Assembly (NCBI GenBank): GCA_017860635.1
Contig: JAGDMK010000001.1
Location: 15,727-79,726, forward strand
Length of the DNA: 64,000 bases
Reading direction: 5' to 3'
DNA from: Bacteroidota bacterium
Lineage (GTDB): Bacteria; Bacteroidota; Ignavibacteria; UBA10030; UBA6906
The translations under genes were made by a program, and so were the position numbers. The notes beneath the pieces were generated by a model, which was not told the origin of the DNA, searched no databases, and saw nothing but the letters and a program-made list of their open reading frames with translations. Positions 47,203 to 57,256 of this stretch are shown piece by piece; positions within the stretch are counted from its first letter, which is position 1, and every line of letters begins with the position of its first letter.

Positions 47203-48755
47203 AGATCCAGGCCGGCATCACACGGCGTTCCCGGACGTGGGAACAACTGCTGAGAAGGGAGGGGCTGCCCTGGCGCACAGTGCATCTGGCAACGGGAGAG
47301 GGGCTTGCGGACTGCAGCGTTCTGATTGTCACGCATCAGCTCGACGCATCCGAATGTGACATCGTGGAAGACTACCTCCGGTCCGGAGGCGCACTCCTCG
47401 CCAGCGCCCGGCATGTTGTCGGCGTCGGAGGAACAGGCGTCCGTAGAGAGCCGCTGCACTATCTGGCATCGGACGGTGATGGGGTCTTCACAACCGTGCG
47501 GATCGTCGATCTCGGTACTCAGGGCGACATTCCCCGCGAGGCGAATCATCTCCGCACACATCAGCACCACCATGCGGTCTTCGCAGGATCCCTCCTCGGC
47601 GGCCCGGCGGTGCTTCTTCCATTTGATGTGCAGCGTGTGCTGGCCGATACGCGCTCGGTGTACAAGGCGTTCTACGTGCACAGGGATCGTCTGCCAACGG
47701 AGCGCGTATCGATGGTGTCGCGCGGGGAGGTCTTCCAGCTCTGCCATCACGCGCTGGAGTATCTCCATCACCGCCGGTCGTTGCCCTATGTCCATCTCTG
47801 GTACTACCCGGGAACATCGCCCAACGTTCTTGCATTCAGAATTGACACGGATGGTGCTCCCCGTTATGACATAGACGAGCTGTACGATGTATTGAACAAT
47901 GCCGGCGTCCCAGGGACCTGGTTTCTGGACGTCGCCTCCCACGAGCCATGGCTTCCACATTTTGCCACAATGATGGGCCAGGAGTTTGCGCTCCACTGCT
48001 ATGAGCACCGGATCGAGCCGGATCCTGACCGGCAGGAAGCTCAGTGGGCACGGGCGCTTGCGATGATGCGACTCGCCGGGCTGGCCCCGCTGGGGATGGC
48101 GGTGCCATTCGGGACTTGGACCACTGGACTTGGAGGAGTCATCGACCGGCTCGGGCTGGTGTATTCCTCGGAGTTCTCCTACGCCTACGACACGGTTCCG
48201 CTTGTCCCCGAAGATCTCGAGCATGCGTACCGTACGCTCCAGGTCCCTATCCATCCGGTCAGTATTGGTTCTCTCCGCCGCACGGGAGCGACTTCCCAAC
48301 AGATGATCGAGTACTACCGGTCGACGATTGATGCGCACATGGCCCGGAATATTCCGCTGCTCTTCTACCATCATCCTTCGCACCGCCACTGGGATGTTGT
48401 GGATGCACTGCTGGAACACGCTCTTTTGCAGGACGTCCCCGGGGTGCTCATGGGGGACTTTGCGTTCTGGTGGCTCGCCCGTGCAAGACTTAATGTACAG
48501 TTCGACATCAGGGAGAGTGTGCTGCAGGTCGTGAATGCTGCTGCGGCGGCCAATGCGCGTGTCGGCATACGCGTATCGCTGTCAGCAACGCAGACACTGC
48601 TGCTTCCGTCCAGTGAGACGGTCCTTCTGGATTCGCGGGAGAGCACCGTCCGGAAGATCCCGTATGTTCCGGATGACCTGCGCCGGATCCGTGAGCCTGA
48701 CCCGCGGCGGATGCTGGGGGATCTCTACACACGAATGCTCAGGAGGCTGAAGTGA
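47199..48755 (+). CDS. Polysaccharide deacetylase-like protein
   Basis: FRIDTD, GTWFL, E.ALH..EH, YHHP; located within glycosylation operon. Confidence 0.65.
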   Translation: MKIQAGITRRSRTWEQLLRREGLPWRTVHLATGEGLADCSVLIVTHQLDASECDIVEDYLRSGGALLASARHVVGVGGTGVRREPLHYLASDGDGVFTTVRIVDLGTQGDIPREANHLRTHQHHHAVFAGSLLGGPAVLLPFDVQRVLADTRSVYKAFYVHRDRLPTERVSMVSRGEVFQLCHHALEYLHHRRSLPYVHLWYYPGTSPNVLAFRIDTDGAPRYDIDELYDVLNNAGVPGTWFLDVASHEPWLPHFATMMGQEFALHCYEHRIEPDPDRQEAQWARALAMMRLAGLAPLGMAVPFGTWTTGLGGVIDRLGLVYSSEFSYAYDTVPLVPEDLEHAYRTLQVPIHPVSIGSLRRTGATSQQMIEYYRSTIDAHMARNIPLLFYHHPSHRHWDVVDALLEHALLQDVPGVLMGDFAFWWLARARLNVQFDIRESVLQVVNAAAAANARVGIRVSLSATQTLLLPSSETVLLDSRESTVRKIPYVPDDLRRIREPDPRRMLGDLYTRMLRRLK

Positions 48756-49678
48756 CCGTTCATGTCGCAGGATTCCACCCCGCGAAAGGGGATCTGTTTC
48801 ATCTGTATGCGGCAAATATCGGAACGTACCATCTGGCCCGCGAGATACGGGCGCTGGGACTCCCCCTCGTCGTATCACCTATCACCTATAGCTCCCACAC
48901 ACCCGGCTTCATACGGAATGCGCTTAGCGTGACACGGGCAGTGCAGAAGAGAGCCAGAGGGATATGGTCGGACTACGGGCTTTGCGCGGAAATCTGTTCC
49001 TGGGCACGGATGGTGCTTCCCAACACGCAGGCGGAAGCCGATCTCCTCATTCAGGGGTATGGCGTCTCCGCAGGGAATGTGCGGGTCATTCCGAATGGCG
49101 TCGATGAAGTGTTCACGCGTGCAGATCCGGACCTTTTCGTGAAGACGTACGGACTGCGGAATTTCATTTTGAACGTGGGGCATACGGGACATGAACGGAA
49201 GAATGTCCTGCGCATGATCCGGGCACTCGGACCGCTCAACTGCCCGGTCGTGATCATCGGTCGGATCATCAAGAGCTCGTACGGAGATGCGTGTGTCCGG
49301 GAGGCGGCCCGCTACAAACACATCCTCCTGCTCGACGGAATTGACCACAGCTCGCCCATGCTTGCCTCCGCATACGCTGCGTGCGATGTGTTTGTGTTGC
49401 CGTCACTCTTTGAGACGCCGGGTATCGCCGCACTCGAGGCGGGACTTGCAGGGGCAAAGGTGGTGATCACGCCTCACGGTGGAACACGCGAGTATTTCCG
49501 GGACATGGCGGACTATGTCGAGCCGCTGAGCGAGGCGTCGATCAGAAGAGGAGTGGAGAGCGCTCTTGGCAGAAAGAAGGATGAGCGGCTGAAACAGCAC
49601 ATTGCCGCCCACTATCTCTGGCGGCATGTGGCGGAGCAAACGGCGGAAGCGTACAATGAAGTCGCGACGGACGCCTGA
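48752..49678 (+). CDS. GT4 family glycosyltransferase (N-terminus appears short)
   Basis: VIPNGVD, RKN..R.I.A, FVLPSLFETPGIAALEA. Confidence 0.85.
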   Translation: MTVHVAGFHPAKGDLFHLYAANIGTYHLAREIRALGLPLVVSPITYSSHTPGFIRNALSVTRAVQKRARGIWSDYGLCAEICSWARMVLPNTQAEADLLIQGYGVSAGNVRVIPNGVDEVFTRADPDLFVKTYGLRNFILNVGHTGHERKNVLRMIRALGPLNCPVVIIGRIIKSSYGDACVREAARYKHILLLDGIDHSSPMLASAYAACDVFVLPSLFETPGIAALEAGLAGAKVVITPHGGTREYFRDMADYVEPLSEASIRRGVESALGRKKDERLKQHIAAHYLWRHVAEQTAEAYNEVATDA

Positions 49679-50134
49679 TTACTGCGGCGAGGATGGCTTC
49701 TTGAGCGGCTCCCAGAGAAGCTGAATGGCGCTGCCACTGAGCACGCCGACCTGGACATCATAGCGTTCTTCCCCGATATTCACCGTTCCCCACCCCGGCA
49801 TCACATAGACTCCCTCCGGTTCGCTCCGCCGGAAATCCAGGACTATACCCCTCCCGAAGTCCACGCTAATCCAGTCTTCCCCCTGGGCGATTGCCTTCCC
49901 CGGATCCACTCTGGTGAGGAGCATGTAGCGTCGGCCGTCATTCCTGAATAAACCTGTTGTATCCAGCTGTTCGATCACACGCAACGACCGGAACTGAACG
50001 TCCATGCCGATGTGGAAGACACATTCTTCCAGTGGCTGTGTGGTACGAGTTTGCTGCGTGAAAGGAGAGAAGGATACTCCGCATCCCGTGAGCAGCGCGG
50101 TTGTCATAAGAAGTGTAAGAAGTGAGAGTCTCAT
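49679..50134 (-). CDS. Hypothetical lipoprotein
   Basis: MRLSLL...LLTGC lipobox. Confidence 0.65.
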   Translation of the reverse strand: MRLSLLTLLMTTALLTGCGVSFSPFTQQTRTTQPLEECVFHIGMDVQFRSLRVIEQLDTTGLFRNDGRRYMLLTRVDPGKAIAQGEDWISVDFGRGIVLDFRRSEPEGVYVMPGWGTVNIGEERYDVQVGVLSGSAIQLLWEPLKKPSSPQ

Positions 50135-50459
50135 AGGCCCGGCGATTTAGGGGTGATGGATATGGGATCGACCAGCTCAAGATACAAAAAGTCCCCCTTA
50201 ACCGTTAGTCGGCAGCAAGGAATGTGGTGACCATGTCTGATCACAAAAATGGCGAATATTGACCAGAGGGACCTCCATCGCCCCGACAGATGGCATTTTC
50301 CGGCCTGCGGAAGGGGTTTGCCTTTGGCGTGCATTTTGTATTGATTTCTGGGGATTAGCGCGGGGGTTCCATTCGTGCGGAGCGATGGAGATGCACTGGA
50401 ATGCGTTCTCAAATCATGCCATGGCACACGAGGTGACTGACAGCTCCTCGCGGCGAGGG

Positions 50460-51044
50460 ATGGAGCATTGCATGCGGTGTATGGCACCACTGCTGGTTTT
50501 TCCGGTGCTGGTCTGCGGCATTGCCCCGCGTGCGCTACCACAGGAAGTGTCTCTGCCTCCGGACGCCCAGGCACAGCTCCTCATGAACGTGCTCACCTTT
50601 GACCGGTCGCAGAGGGAGAAACTCAGCAAGGGCATCAAGGTGGCCGTGCTGTATGAGTCGAGTATCCGTTCTTCCGCGGTCATCGCGAAGGACGTTGCGA
50701 AAGCGCTGCCTGGAGCAGCGGAATTAGTTCACAGCCGCGTGCGGGTAGTGAACATGGACATGAATGGGAAAGCGGATCTGGTGACCCGCCTGCGTGATCA
50801 GGGAATCCAGATTGCCTATATTGCCCCGCTCCGTGCGTCCGGGATTTCCGCGGTTGCCCAGACCTGTCGAGCGCAACGGATCCTGACATTCACAGGTGTG
50901 GCAAAGTATTTGAGTCAGGGTGTGGCAGTCGGCCTCGTACGCCAGGGGGAGAACCCCAGGGTCCTCATTAACCTGCCAGCTTCCCGTGCGGCTGGATCGG
51001 TCTTCAGCGCACAGTTGCTACGCGTCGCGCGGGTGGTGGAATGA
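50460..51044 (+). CDS. YfiR-family (DUF4154) periplasmic protein; start uncertain
   Basis: C-terminal RVLINL.AS...G..FSAQLLRVA motif. Confidence 0.75.
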   Translation: MEHCMRCMAPLLVFPVLVCGIAPRALPQEVSLPPDAQAQLLMNVLTFDRSQREKLSKGIKVAVLYESSIRSSAVIAKDVAKALPGAAELVHSRVRVVNMDMNGKADLVTRLRDQGIQIAYIAPLRASGISAVAQTCRAQRILTFTGVAKYLSQGVAVGLVRQGENPRVLINLPASRAAGSVFSAQLLRVARVVE

Positions 51045-52864
51045 GCGTGTCCCCTCTTCATAGACTCATGCATCTCCGCATCCGCTGGAAGCTTGCATTG
51101 CTCATTGGATTCGTTTTCCTGGTCATTGCCTGCTTCTTCCTGATCTTTATCCCCAATCGAGTCGAGCGGATGGGTGACAGCGCCCTTGCGGCGAAGGCAC
51201 GTGTCGTTTCCGCCATGACTTCTGCAAATATCACGTCCGCGCTCGTGTTCCAGGATACCGCGCAGATCGCCGAAGAACTCCGCTCGGCGATGTTCAGCCG
51301 GGATATCCGGTACGCTGTCGTGGTCGATCTGCAGGGACGCGTCCTCGCTTCAGTGAACTACCCCGAAGCGATGCGCTGTGAGTATGAAGGAACCCCTGAA
51401 GCGGGCCGGATTGTCCGCCACGCTGATCTCTGGCAGACTCGCGAACGGATCATTCACCGGAACACAGAATTGGGGGACCTGTTCCTTGGCTTCTCGCGGA
51501 TTGAGGTCGGATCCGGCAGGGAACAGATCATGAAGGAGACAGCGATTGTCACGCTGATCGTCTTCCTGGTGGGCTTGCTTTCGGTAATCGGCATCAGCGG
51601 TGCCGTGACGGCGCACCTGAAATCGGTTGTCGCCTCGGCAAGGGCTGTGACGGCAGGCGACATGAAGAGCAGGGCACCCGAAGGCCACGGTGATGAAGTC
51701 GGGGAGCTGGCACGGGCATTTAACAGCATGCTCGACAGGCTGAGCGTGGCCCAGCGGAATCTCGAGGAGGTGAACAAAGACCTCGAATACAGGGTGTCCG
51801 TCCGGACCGAGGCATTGCTGAAAGAAATCGGCGAACACCGGAACACGGAAGAGTCGTTGCGGCTGACAGAACAACGCCAGCGCCAGATCATCGACCTCGT
51901 GCCGCACTTCATATTTGCCAAGGATGTGGAGGGACGGTTCGTCGTCGCAAATGAGGCGGTGGCGAAGGCCTACGGCACAGCGGTCGAGAAGCTGCTCGGG
52001 AAGACCGATGCCGATTTTGCCTCGTCGGAAGAAGAAGTGCGGAAATTCCGTGAGGCTGATATGGAAGTCATTGCCTCCGGAAAAGAGAAACTCATTCCTG
52101 AAGAGCAAATCACCACGGCATCAGGAGAAGTGAGGATTCTGCAGACCATCAAAATCCCGTTCACCCTTTCCGGGTCGACCATCGCGTCGGTGCTGGGAGT
52201 TTCCACGGACATCACGGCGCTCAAGACTGCCGAGAATGAACTCAAGCTCTCACTCAGGGAGAAGGATGTCCTGCTGAAAGAGATACACCATCGTGTCAAG
52301 AACAACCTGCAGATCATCAACAGCCTTCTGAATCTGCAGGTGTCCGATCTGCACGATCCTGTCATCGTGGATGCGCTGAAGGTGAGTCAGAACCGGATCC
52401 GGTCCATGGCGCTCGTCCACGAGCGTCTGTACCGGTCGGGGAACCTGGCGGGCATAGATTTTTGCGAGTATCTGGAGCTCGTGGCGGGTCAATTGCTCCG
52501 GGCGTACGACCGGCGGGGCGTAACCTGCAAGGTGCTCAGCGACCGGATCATGATCAGTGTGGATGCTGCGATTCCCTGCGGTCTCATTGTGAATGAGCTC
52601 CTCACGAATGCCCTCAAACACGCGTTTGTGGGGAGGAGCGAAGGATACATTGAAGTCATCTTCCGGAAGGCAGGTGAGGACCTCGTCGAGTTGACGGTGA
52701 GTGACGACGGTGTGGGGTTGCCCCCGTCGATCGATATTCACACCGCAGAATCAATGGGTCTCACACTCGTGGCCAGTCTGGCCCAGCAACTGCAGGCGAC
52801 GATAGCCATCGACAGGTCAGCCGGCACACGCTTCTGCCTCACCTTCCGCCTCCGGAACGACTGA
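51041..52864 (+). CDS. Membrane sensor histidine kinase, HAMP + PAS + HisKA_2
   Basis: DEVGELARAFN.M HAMP; IFAKD.EGRF..AN PAS; EIHHRVKNNLQ; NEL.TNA.KHAF; DDGVG. Confidence 0.93.
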   Translation: MSVSPLHRLMHLRIRWKLALLIGFVFLVIACFFLIFIPNRVERMGDSALAAKARVVSAMTSANITSALVFQDTAQIAEELRSAMFSRDIRYAVVVDLQGRVLASVNYPEAMRCEYEGTPEAGRIVRHADLWQTRERIIHRNTELGDLFLGFSRIEVGSGREQIMKETAIVTLIVFLVGLLSVIGISGAVTAHLKSVVASARAVTAGDMKSRAPEGHGDEVGELARAFNSMLDRLSVAQRNLEEVNKDLEYRVSVRTEALLKEIGEHRNTEESLRLTEQRQRQIIDLVPHFIFAKDVEGRFVVANEAVAKAYGTAVEKLLGKTDADFASSEEEVRKFREADMEVIASGKEKLIPEEQITTASGEVRILQTIKIPFTLSGSTIASVLGVSTDITALKTAENELKLSLREKDVLLKEIHHRVKNNLQIINSLLNLQVSDLHDPVIVDALKVSQNRIRSMALVHERLYRSGNLAGIDFCEYLELVAGQLLRAYDRRGVTCKVLSDRIMISVDAAIPCGLIVNELLTNALKHAFVGRSEGYIEVIFRKAGEDLVELTVSDDGVGLPPSIDIHTAESMGLTLVASLAQQLQATIAIDRSAGTRFCLTFRLRND

Positions 52865-52875
52865 TCCGCCGCCCC

Positions 52876-53310
52876 TTAACGGAGCACGATCGCCAGCACG
52901 GACTTCTGAAGGCGGTCGGAAATCGCCGTAAAGACCTGCTCATCGTTCACGTACTCCGCCTTGCCTTCTTCGACAAACATCTGCGGGTTCTCGTAGACTA
53001 TCCTGACGAGAGAGGCCTTGTATTTAACAGCCGGAGTCTTTCCATTCCTTGCCAGTTCGCAGACCTGCTCATAGATAGCATCGTTCTGCATTTCCGGCTG
53101 CGCGAGCTTCAGGAGTGCCACATCCCGCAGGGTGCATTCCACCACCGCAGGGACGGGGAACCGCAGTGATTCCACGTATGCCCGCTCAAAGCGCGGGATG
53201 TTGAACTGGCGGTATGATTCCATCCTGGCACACGTCCTCACCACCTCATCAGCCCTTGCAGGAACGGCTGTGAGGGATACCGCTATCAGCACTGCTGTCA
53301 TGGCATGCAT
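52876..53310 (-). CDS. Hypothetical exported protein
   Basis: GAGGG RBS; signal peptide ending ARA. Confidence 0.65.
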   Translation of the reverse strand: MHAMTAVLIAVSLTAVPARADEVVRTCARMESYRQFNIPRFERAYVESLRFPVPAVVECTLRDVALLKLAQPEMQNDAIYEQVCELARNGKTPAVKYKASLVRIVYENPQMFVEEGKAEYVNDEQVFTAISDRLQKSVLAIVLR

Positions 53311-53577
53311 TGTACCCTCACTGATCTGTTTGTGAAAGACCTCTACATTCTCTAAGACTCTCCCGCGCGACAAATGTTACGCGTCGCCGGCGCTTCTACC
53401 TGTCGTTCGTCGTGTCCCCGTGTGGCTTCGTCGCATCAGAATTGTGTGTGTTGTCCTGCCGGCTCTTCAGAAGATCGGGTCGAATGGCTGTTTGACTGCC
53501 GCGTTCTGATTTCGTAGATTTTATTTGGATGATTGGCCAGACGTTTCATAGACACACGTCAAAAGGAGTGTGCTACG

Positions 53578-54105
53578 GTGAAAACAGAACCGAACCATGC
53601 CGGGCGGACCACGCTCGGAGCAGTCATTATCCTTTGTGCCCTTGGAGTCATCGCGGGATCATGTGCACGGTGCGACCTTGACTCCGCCGGAAAGACAGAG
53701 GAGGGGAAAAACACCATGTTGCGCATCGTTTTGGGTGAAGGAGGCGGTTTTGCCGGAACCTGGGATGGGTATACAATCACGGGAACCGGTGCCGTCTACA
53801 AATGGAGCGGGAAAGGAGCGAGAGAAAATGAGGTCGAGATCGGCACCCTGGATGCCGACACGATGTGCACGCTCTGGGATGAGGCAAAGGCCCTGAGGAC
53901 AGTTCCCCCGACGGACTCTGCCGGATCTCTAGTGCGGTTCCTCAGCCTGACGGTCCAGGACACCACACGTGAATACACCTGGAGACCGCAGCTCGGTCAA
54001 AGCCCCTTCAGGCCTCTCTATCAGCACTTCTACGATCACTGTCTCATCGTGGTACAGAAATCATTACTACCGACCACAAAAAACACAGTTCCCTCTGGAA
54101 AGTGA
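53578..54105 (+). CDS. Hypothetical (lipo)protein upstream of M4 peptidase
   Basis: AAGGAG RBS before GTG; hydrophobic stretch ending AGSC; GEGGGFAG motif. Confidence 0.6.
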   Translation: MKTEPNHAGRTTLGAVIILCALGVIAGSCARCDLDSAGKTEEGKNTMLRIVLGEGGGFAGTWDGYTITGTGAVYKWSGKGARENEVEIGTLDADTMCTLWDEAKALRTVPPTDSAGSLVRFLSLTVQDTTREYTWRPQLGQSPFRPLYQHFYDHCLIVVQKSLLPTTKNTVPSGK

Positions 54106-54113
54106 CAGACCCC

Positions 54114-57100
54114 ATGAGACACTCTCTGATATTGTTATTCGCCCTTGCGGTGCTGCTGGGCGATTCGCTTCAAGCGGGGAACACGAAGATACCGTCTTCA
54201 TCTTCCACCCCGAATGGCTTCGATCTCAAGAAGGCACGGCATTATGCTCCTTCGGCTGCTCAACACTCCCTGTTTGCGTCCGACGTTGCGAACCTGACCG
54301 ATCGTATTGCGGCAGCCACGCAGGTGCAGGCAGATGCGCTTCAGAAGCTGACTCCCGCCCAGCGAGTAGCTCTCGAATCGCTGCGGAGCTCGAACCCGGG
54401 ACGTCTTGCGATTTCCTGGGACGATGTCCATGCCGTTCCGATCTTCGTCCAGGGATTGGCCGGCGCAGCGATGGAAACTGATGGTTCCAGCCTCCCATCC
54501 AGAGAACAGGCGCAGCGCGTCGCCTCGGAGTTCCTCCAGGCCAATGCCGGACTGCTTCGGATCCAGGATCCAGCCTCCGAATTCAAGCAAATCGATCTGC
54601 AACAGGATGCGCTGGGATTCACGCATATCCGCTATCAGCAGATGTACCGTGGATCGGAAGTCTGGGGACGTGATGTCCGAGTCCATGTAAATAGTCAAGG
54701 AAAGGTCGAGAGCTTCAACGGACGGTACATTCCCACGCCGGCCGGGCTGGTGTCTGACATTACGACTGCGGATGCCGCCAGTGCACAGGCGATCGCAGTT
54801 GAGCGGTGCGGCCGCGACTGCCGTGTGACCGGAGTACGAAACGTATATCTCCCGGATGATGCCGGACGCCTGACGCTCTGCTGGGTCGTGAGTGTGGCGG
54901 GTGGACTCGATCTCCGGAACGATGTCTTTGTCGATGCCGGTACCGGCCAGGTTGCGAAAGTGTACAACAGAGTGGCGATGGATGGTCCCGTGACTGGAAG
55001 CGGCATAGACCTTCAGGGTGTTACCCGTTCGCTCGGTGTCTATCAGATCGGAACGCAGTACCTGATGATCGACGCGAGCAAGACCATGTACAATGCTTCT
55101 CAGTCGCAGATGCCTGCCGATGGAAAAGGCGTGATCTATGCATTCGATGCCAGGAATGCGGAGCAGAGCATCTACTATATCACATCAACGACTGCTTCAT
55201 CCTGGAGCAGCCGGCCCGGCGTCTCGGCACTCTACACGGGAGGCAAAATCTATGACTATTACAGGACCGTGCACAACCGGAACGCCATCGACAATCAGGG
55301 CGGGACGATGAATTTCATCGTCAACTTCAAATCCAACTACAGCAATGCTTTCTGGAACGGGCAGTACATGGTGTTCGGGAACGGAGATGGCACCACGTTC
55401 AGCGATCTGGCCGGTGCCGCCGATGTGGCGGCGCATGAGCTGACGCATGGAGTGACAGAGAACACGGCGAATCTGCTCTATGAAAACCAGTCGGGAGCAC
55501 TGAACGAGTCGTTCTCCGATGTGTTCGGAACGCTCTTCGAGTTCTGGCTCAAAAGCTCAGGCGGCAACTGGCTCTTGGGTGAAGATGTTTTCACGCCAGG
55601 GACACCCGGAGACGCCCTCCGGAGCATGTCCGATCCGGCAGGCCCCGAAGTCCCGCCAGGTTCGCGTCAGCCAACAAAAATGAGTGAGTACAAGAATCTC
55701 CCCAACGACAAATCCGGCGATTATGGCGGTGTGCACATCAATAGTGGCATTCCGAACAAGGCTTTCTACCTTTTTGCCACCGCATCGGGGATGACAAAAG
55801 AAGAGGCCGGACAGGTGTACTACCGTGTGCTGACCACGTACCTGACAAAGAACTCCCAGTTTGTGGATTGCCGGTTGTCCGTCATTAAAGCGGCAGAGGA
55901 TCTTTTCGGCGGGGCGGGGAATGCAAAAGCCCTCGCTGCGGCGGCTGCCTTCGATGCGGTCGGAATTACATCGGGTACGGCCACTACGCCGCCGACATCC
56001 GATCCCCCTGTCCAGGGCACTCAGTATGTTGCTCTCGTCAATGTCTCCGACGGATATCTGTACCGGTGGACTATGGGAACCACTACCTTCGCCAAGCTTT
56101 CAACGATGGCTCTTGCCAGCCGGCCCGCGGTGATGGACAACGGAACCTATCTGTTCTACGTCGATCAGACCAACAATCTCCATGTGGTCGGGTCGGACGG
56201 GACGAACGATCAGACCCTTTCAAGCGGCGGCGGTTTCAACAACATTGCCGTGTCACGAAGCGGCCGGTATCTGGCAGCGACAACCACTTTCTCAGAGGCG
56301 AAGATCTACGTCTTTGACCTGCAGAACAGCGCCGGCAACAAAGTGCTCCAGCTGTACACGCCGGTGTACCACACCGGAGAATCTTCCGGAAGCATATGGT
56401 ATCCGGACCGGATTGACTGGACCGCCGATGAGACGCGGATCATGTATGATGCATACAACACCACAGTGCTGACCGGCGGCGACACACTTGGATTCTGGGA
56501 TATCAATACTGTCCGTTTGGCTGAAGGGACCTGCTCACGGCTCTTTGCCGCCCAGCCCCGTGGCATCAACATCGGGAATGCCGTGTATGCATCCAATACA
56601 GACAACCTGATCGCGTTCGACTACATGGACGAGAACAGTCAGGTGAAGGTGCTGGCGGTGAATCTGAATACCGGTGATGCGGGAGTCGTGACGAATAACT
56701 ATTCCTCGTTGGGCAACCCGTCGTTCTCTGTTGATGACAAGAAGATATACTATCACTACATCAATCAATCCTCGAGCCAGTACCAGGTGTGGGCTGTCGA
56801 TTTGTTGACCGATGGGATCACCGGTTCAGGCTCCGATGTGAAGCAGCTTGACGGCGGTGTGTATCCCCTGGCATTCGCGGTAGGCACGCGTCCGACGGAT
56901 GTCCCTGTCTCCGCGGAACTTCCGCAGGGATGTCTGCTCGAGCAGAATTATCCGAATCCCTTCAACCCCGGGACCCGGATTTCCTTCCAGATCCCTGTGG
57001 CGGGAAAGGTGACGCTCAAGGTCTACGACATCCTGGGCAGAGAAGTGGCGACGCTGGTGGATGCACAGGTGCCGGCCGGAGTGCACGCGGTTCCGTTCGA

Positions 57101-57188
57101 TGGATCCGGGTTGTCGAGTGGAGTCTATTTGTACCGGCTCGATGCGGGAGGTGTGACTCAGTCACGGCGGATGATTATGGCAAAGTAG
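54114..57188 (+). CDS. M4 (thermolysin) family metalloprotease with propeptide, TolB-like propeller and T9SS sorting domain
   Basis: NAFWNG, HELTHG, GALNESFSD, GGVHINSGIPNK; sorting domain. Confidence 0.94.
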   Translation: MRHSLILLFALAVLLGDSLQAGNTKIPSSSSTPNGFDLKKARHYAPSAAQHSLFASDVANLTDRIAAATQVQADALQKLTPAQRVALESLRSSNPGRLAISWDDVHAVPIFVQGLAGAAMETDGSSLPSREQAQRVASEFLQANAGLLRIQDPASEFKQIDLQQDALGFTHIRYQQMYRGSEVWGRDVRVHVNSQGKVESFNGRYIPTPAGLVSDITTADAASAQAIAVERCGRDCRVTGVRNVYLPDDAGRLTLCWVVSVAGGLDLRNDVFVDAGTGQVAKVYNRVAMDGPVTGSGIDLQGVTRSLGVYQIGTQYLMIDASKTMYNASQSQMPADGKGVIYAFDARNAEQSIYYITSTTASSWSSRPGVSALYTGGKIYDYYRTVHNRNAIDNQGGTMNFIVNFKSNYSNAFWNGQYMVFGNGDGTTFSDLAGAADVAAHELTHGVTENTANLLYENQSGALNESFSDVFGTLFEFWLKSSGGNWLLGEDVFTPGTPGDALRSMSDPAGPEVPPGSRQPTKMSEYKNLPNDKSGDYGGVHINSGIPNKAFYLFATASGMTKEEAGQVYYRVLTTYLTKNSQFVDCRLSVIKAAEDLFGGAGNAKALAAAAAFDAVGITSGTATTPPTSDPPVQGTQYVALVNVSDGYLYRWTMGTTTFAKLSTMALASRPAVMDNGTYLFYVDQTNNLHVVGSDGTNDQTLSSGGGFNNIAVSRSGRYLAATTTFSEAKIYVFDLQNSAGNKVLQLYTPVYHTGESSGSIWYPDRIDWTADETRIMYDAYNTTVLTGGDTLGFWDINTVRLAEGTCSRLFAAQPRGINIGNAVYASNTDNLIAFDYMDENSQVKVLAVNLNTGDAGVVTNNYSSLGNPSFSVDDKKIYYHYINQSSSQYQVWAVDLLTDGITGSGSDVKQLDGGVYPLAFAVGTRPTDVPVSAELPQGCLLEQNYPNPFNPGTRISFQIPVAGKVTLKVYDILGREVATLVDAQVPAGVHAVPFDGSGLSSGVYLYRLDAGGVTQSRRMIMAK

Positions 57189-57256
57189 GGAGAACAATGT
57201 TCCAGTCGACGGGTCCACATCCTCGTGATAAAGTCGCCCTGCGGAGACGGTCAGAG

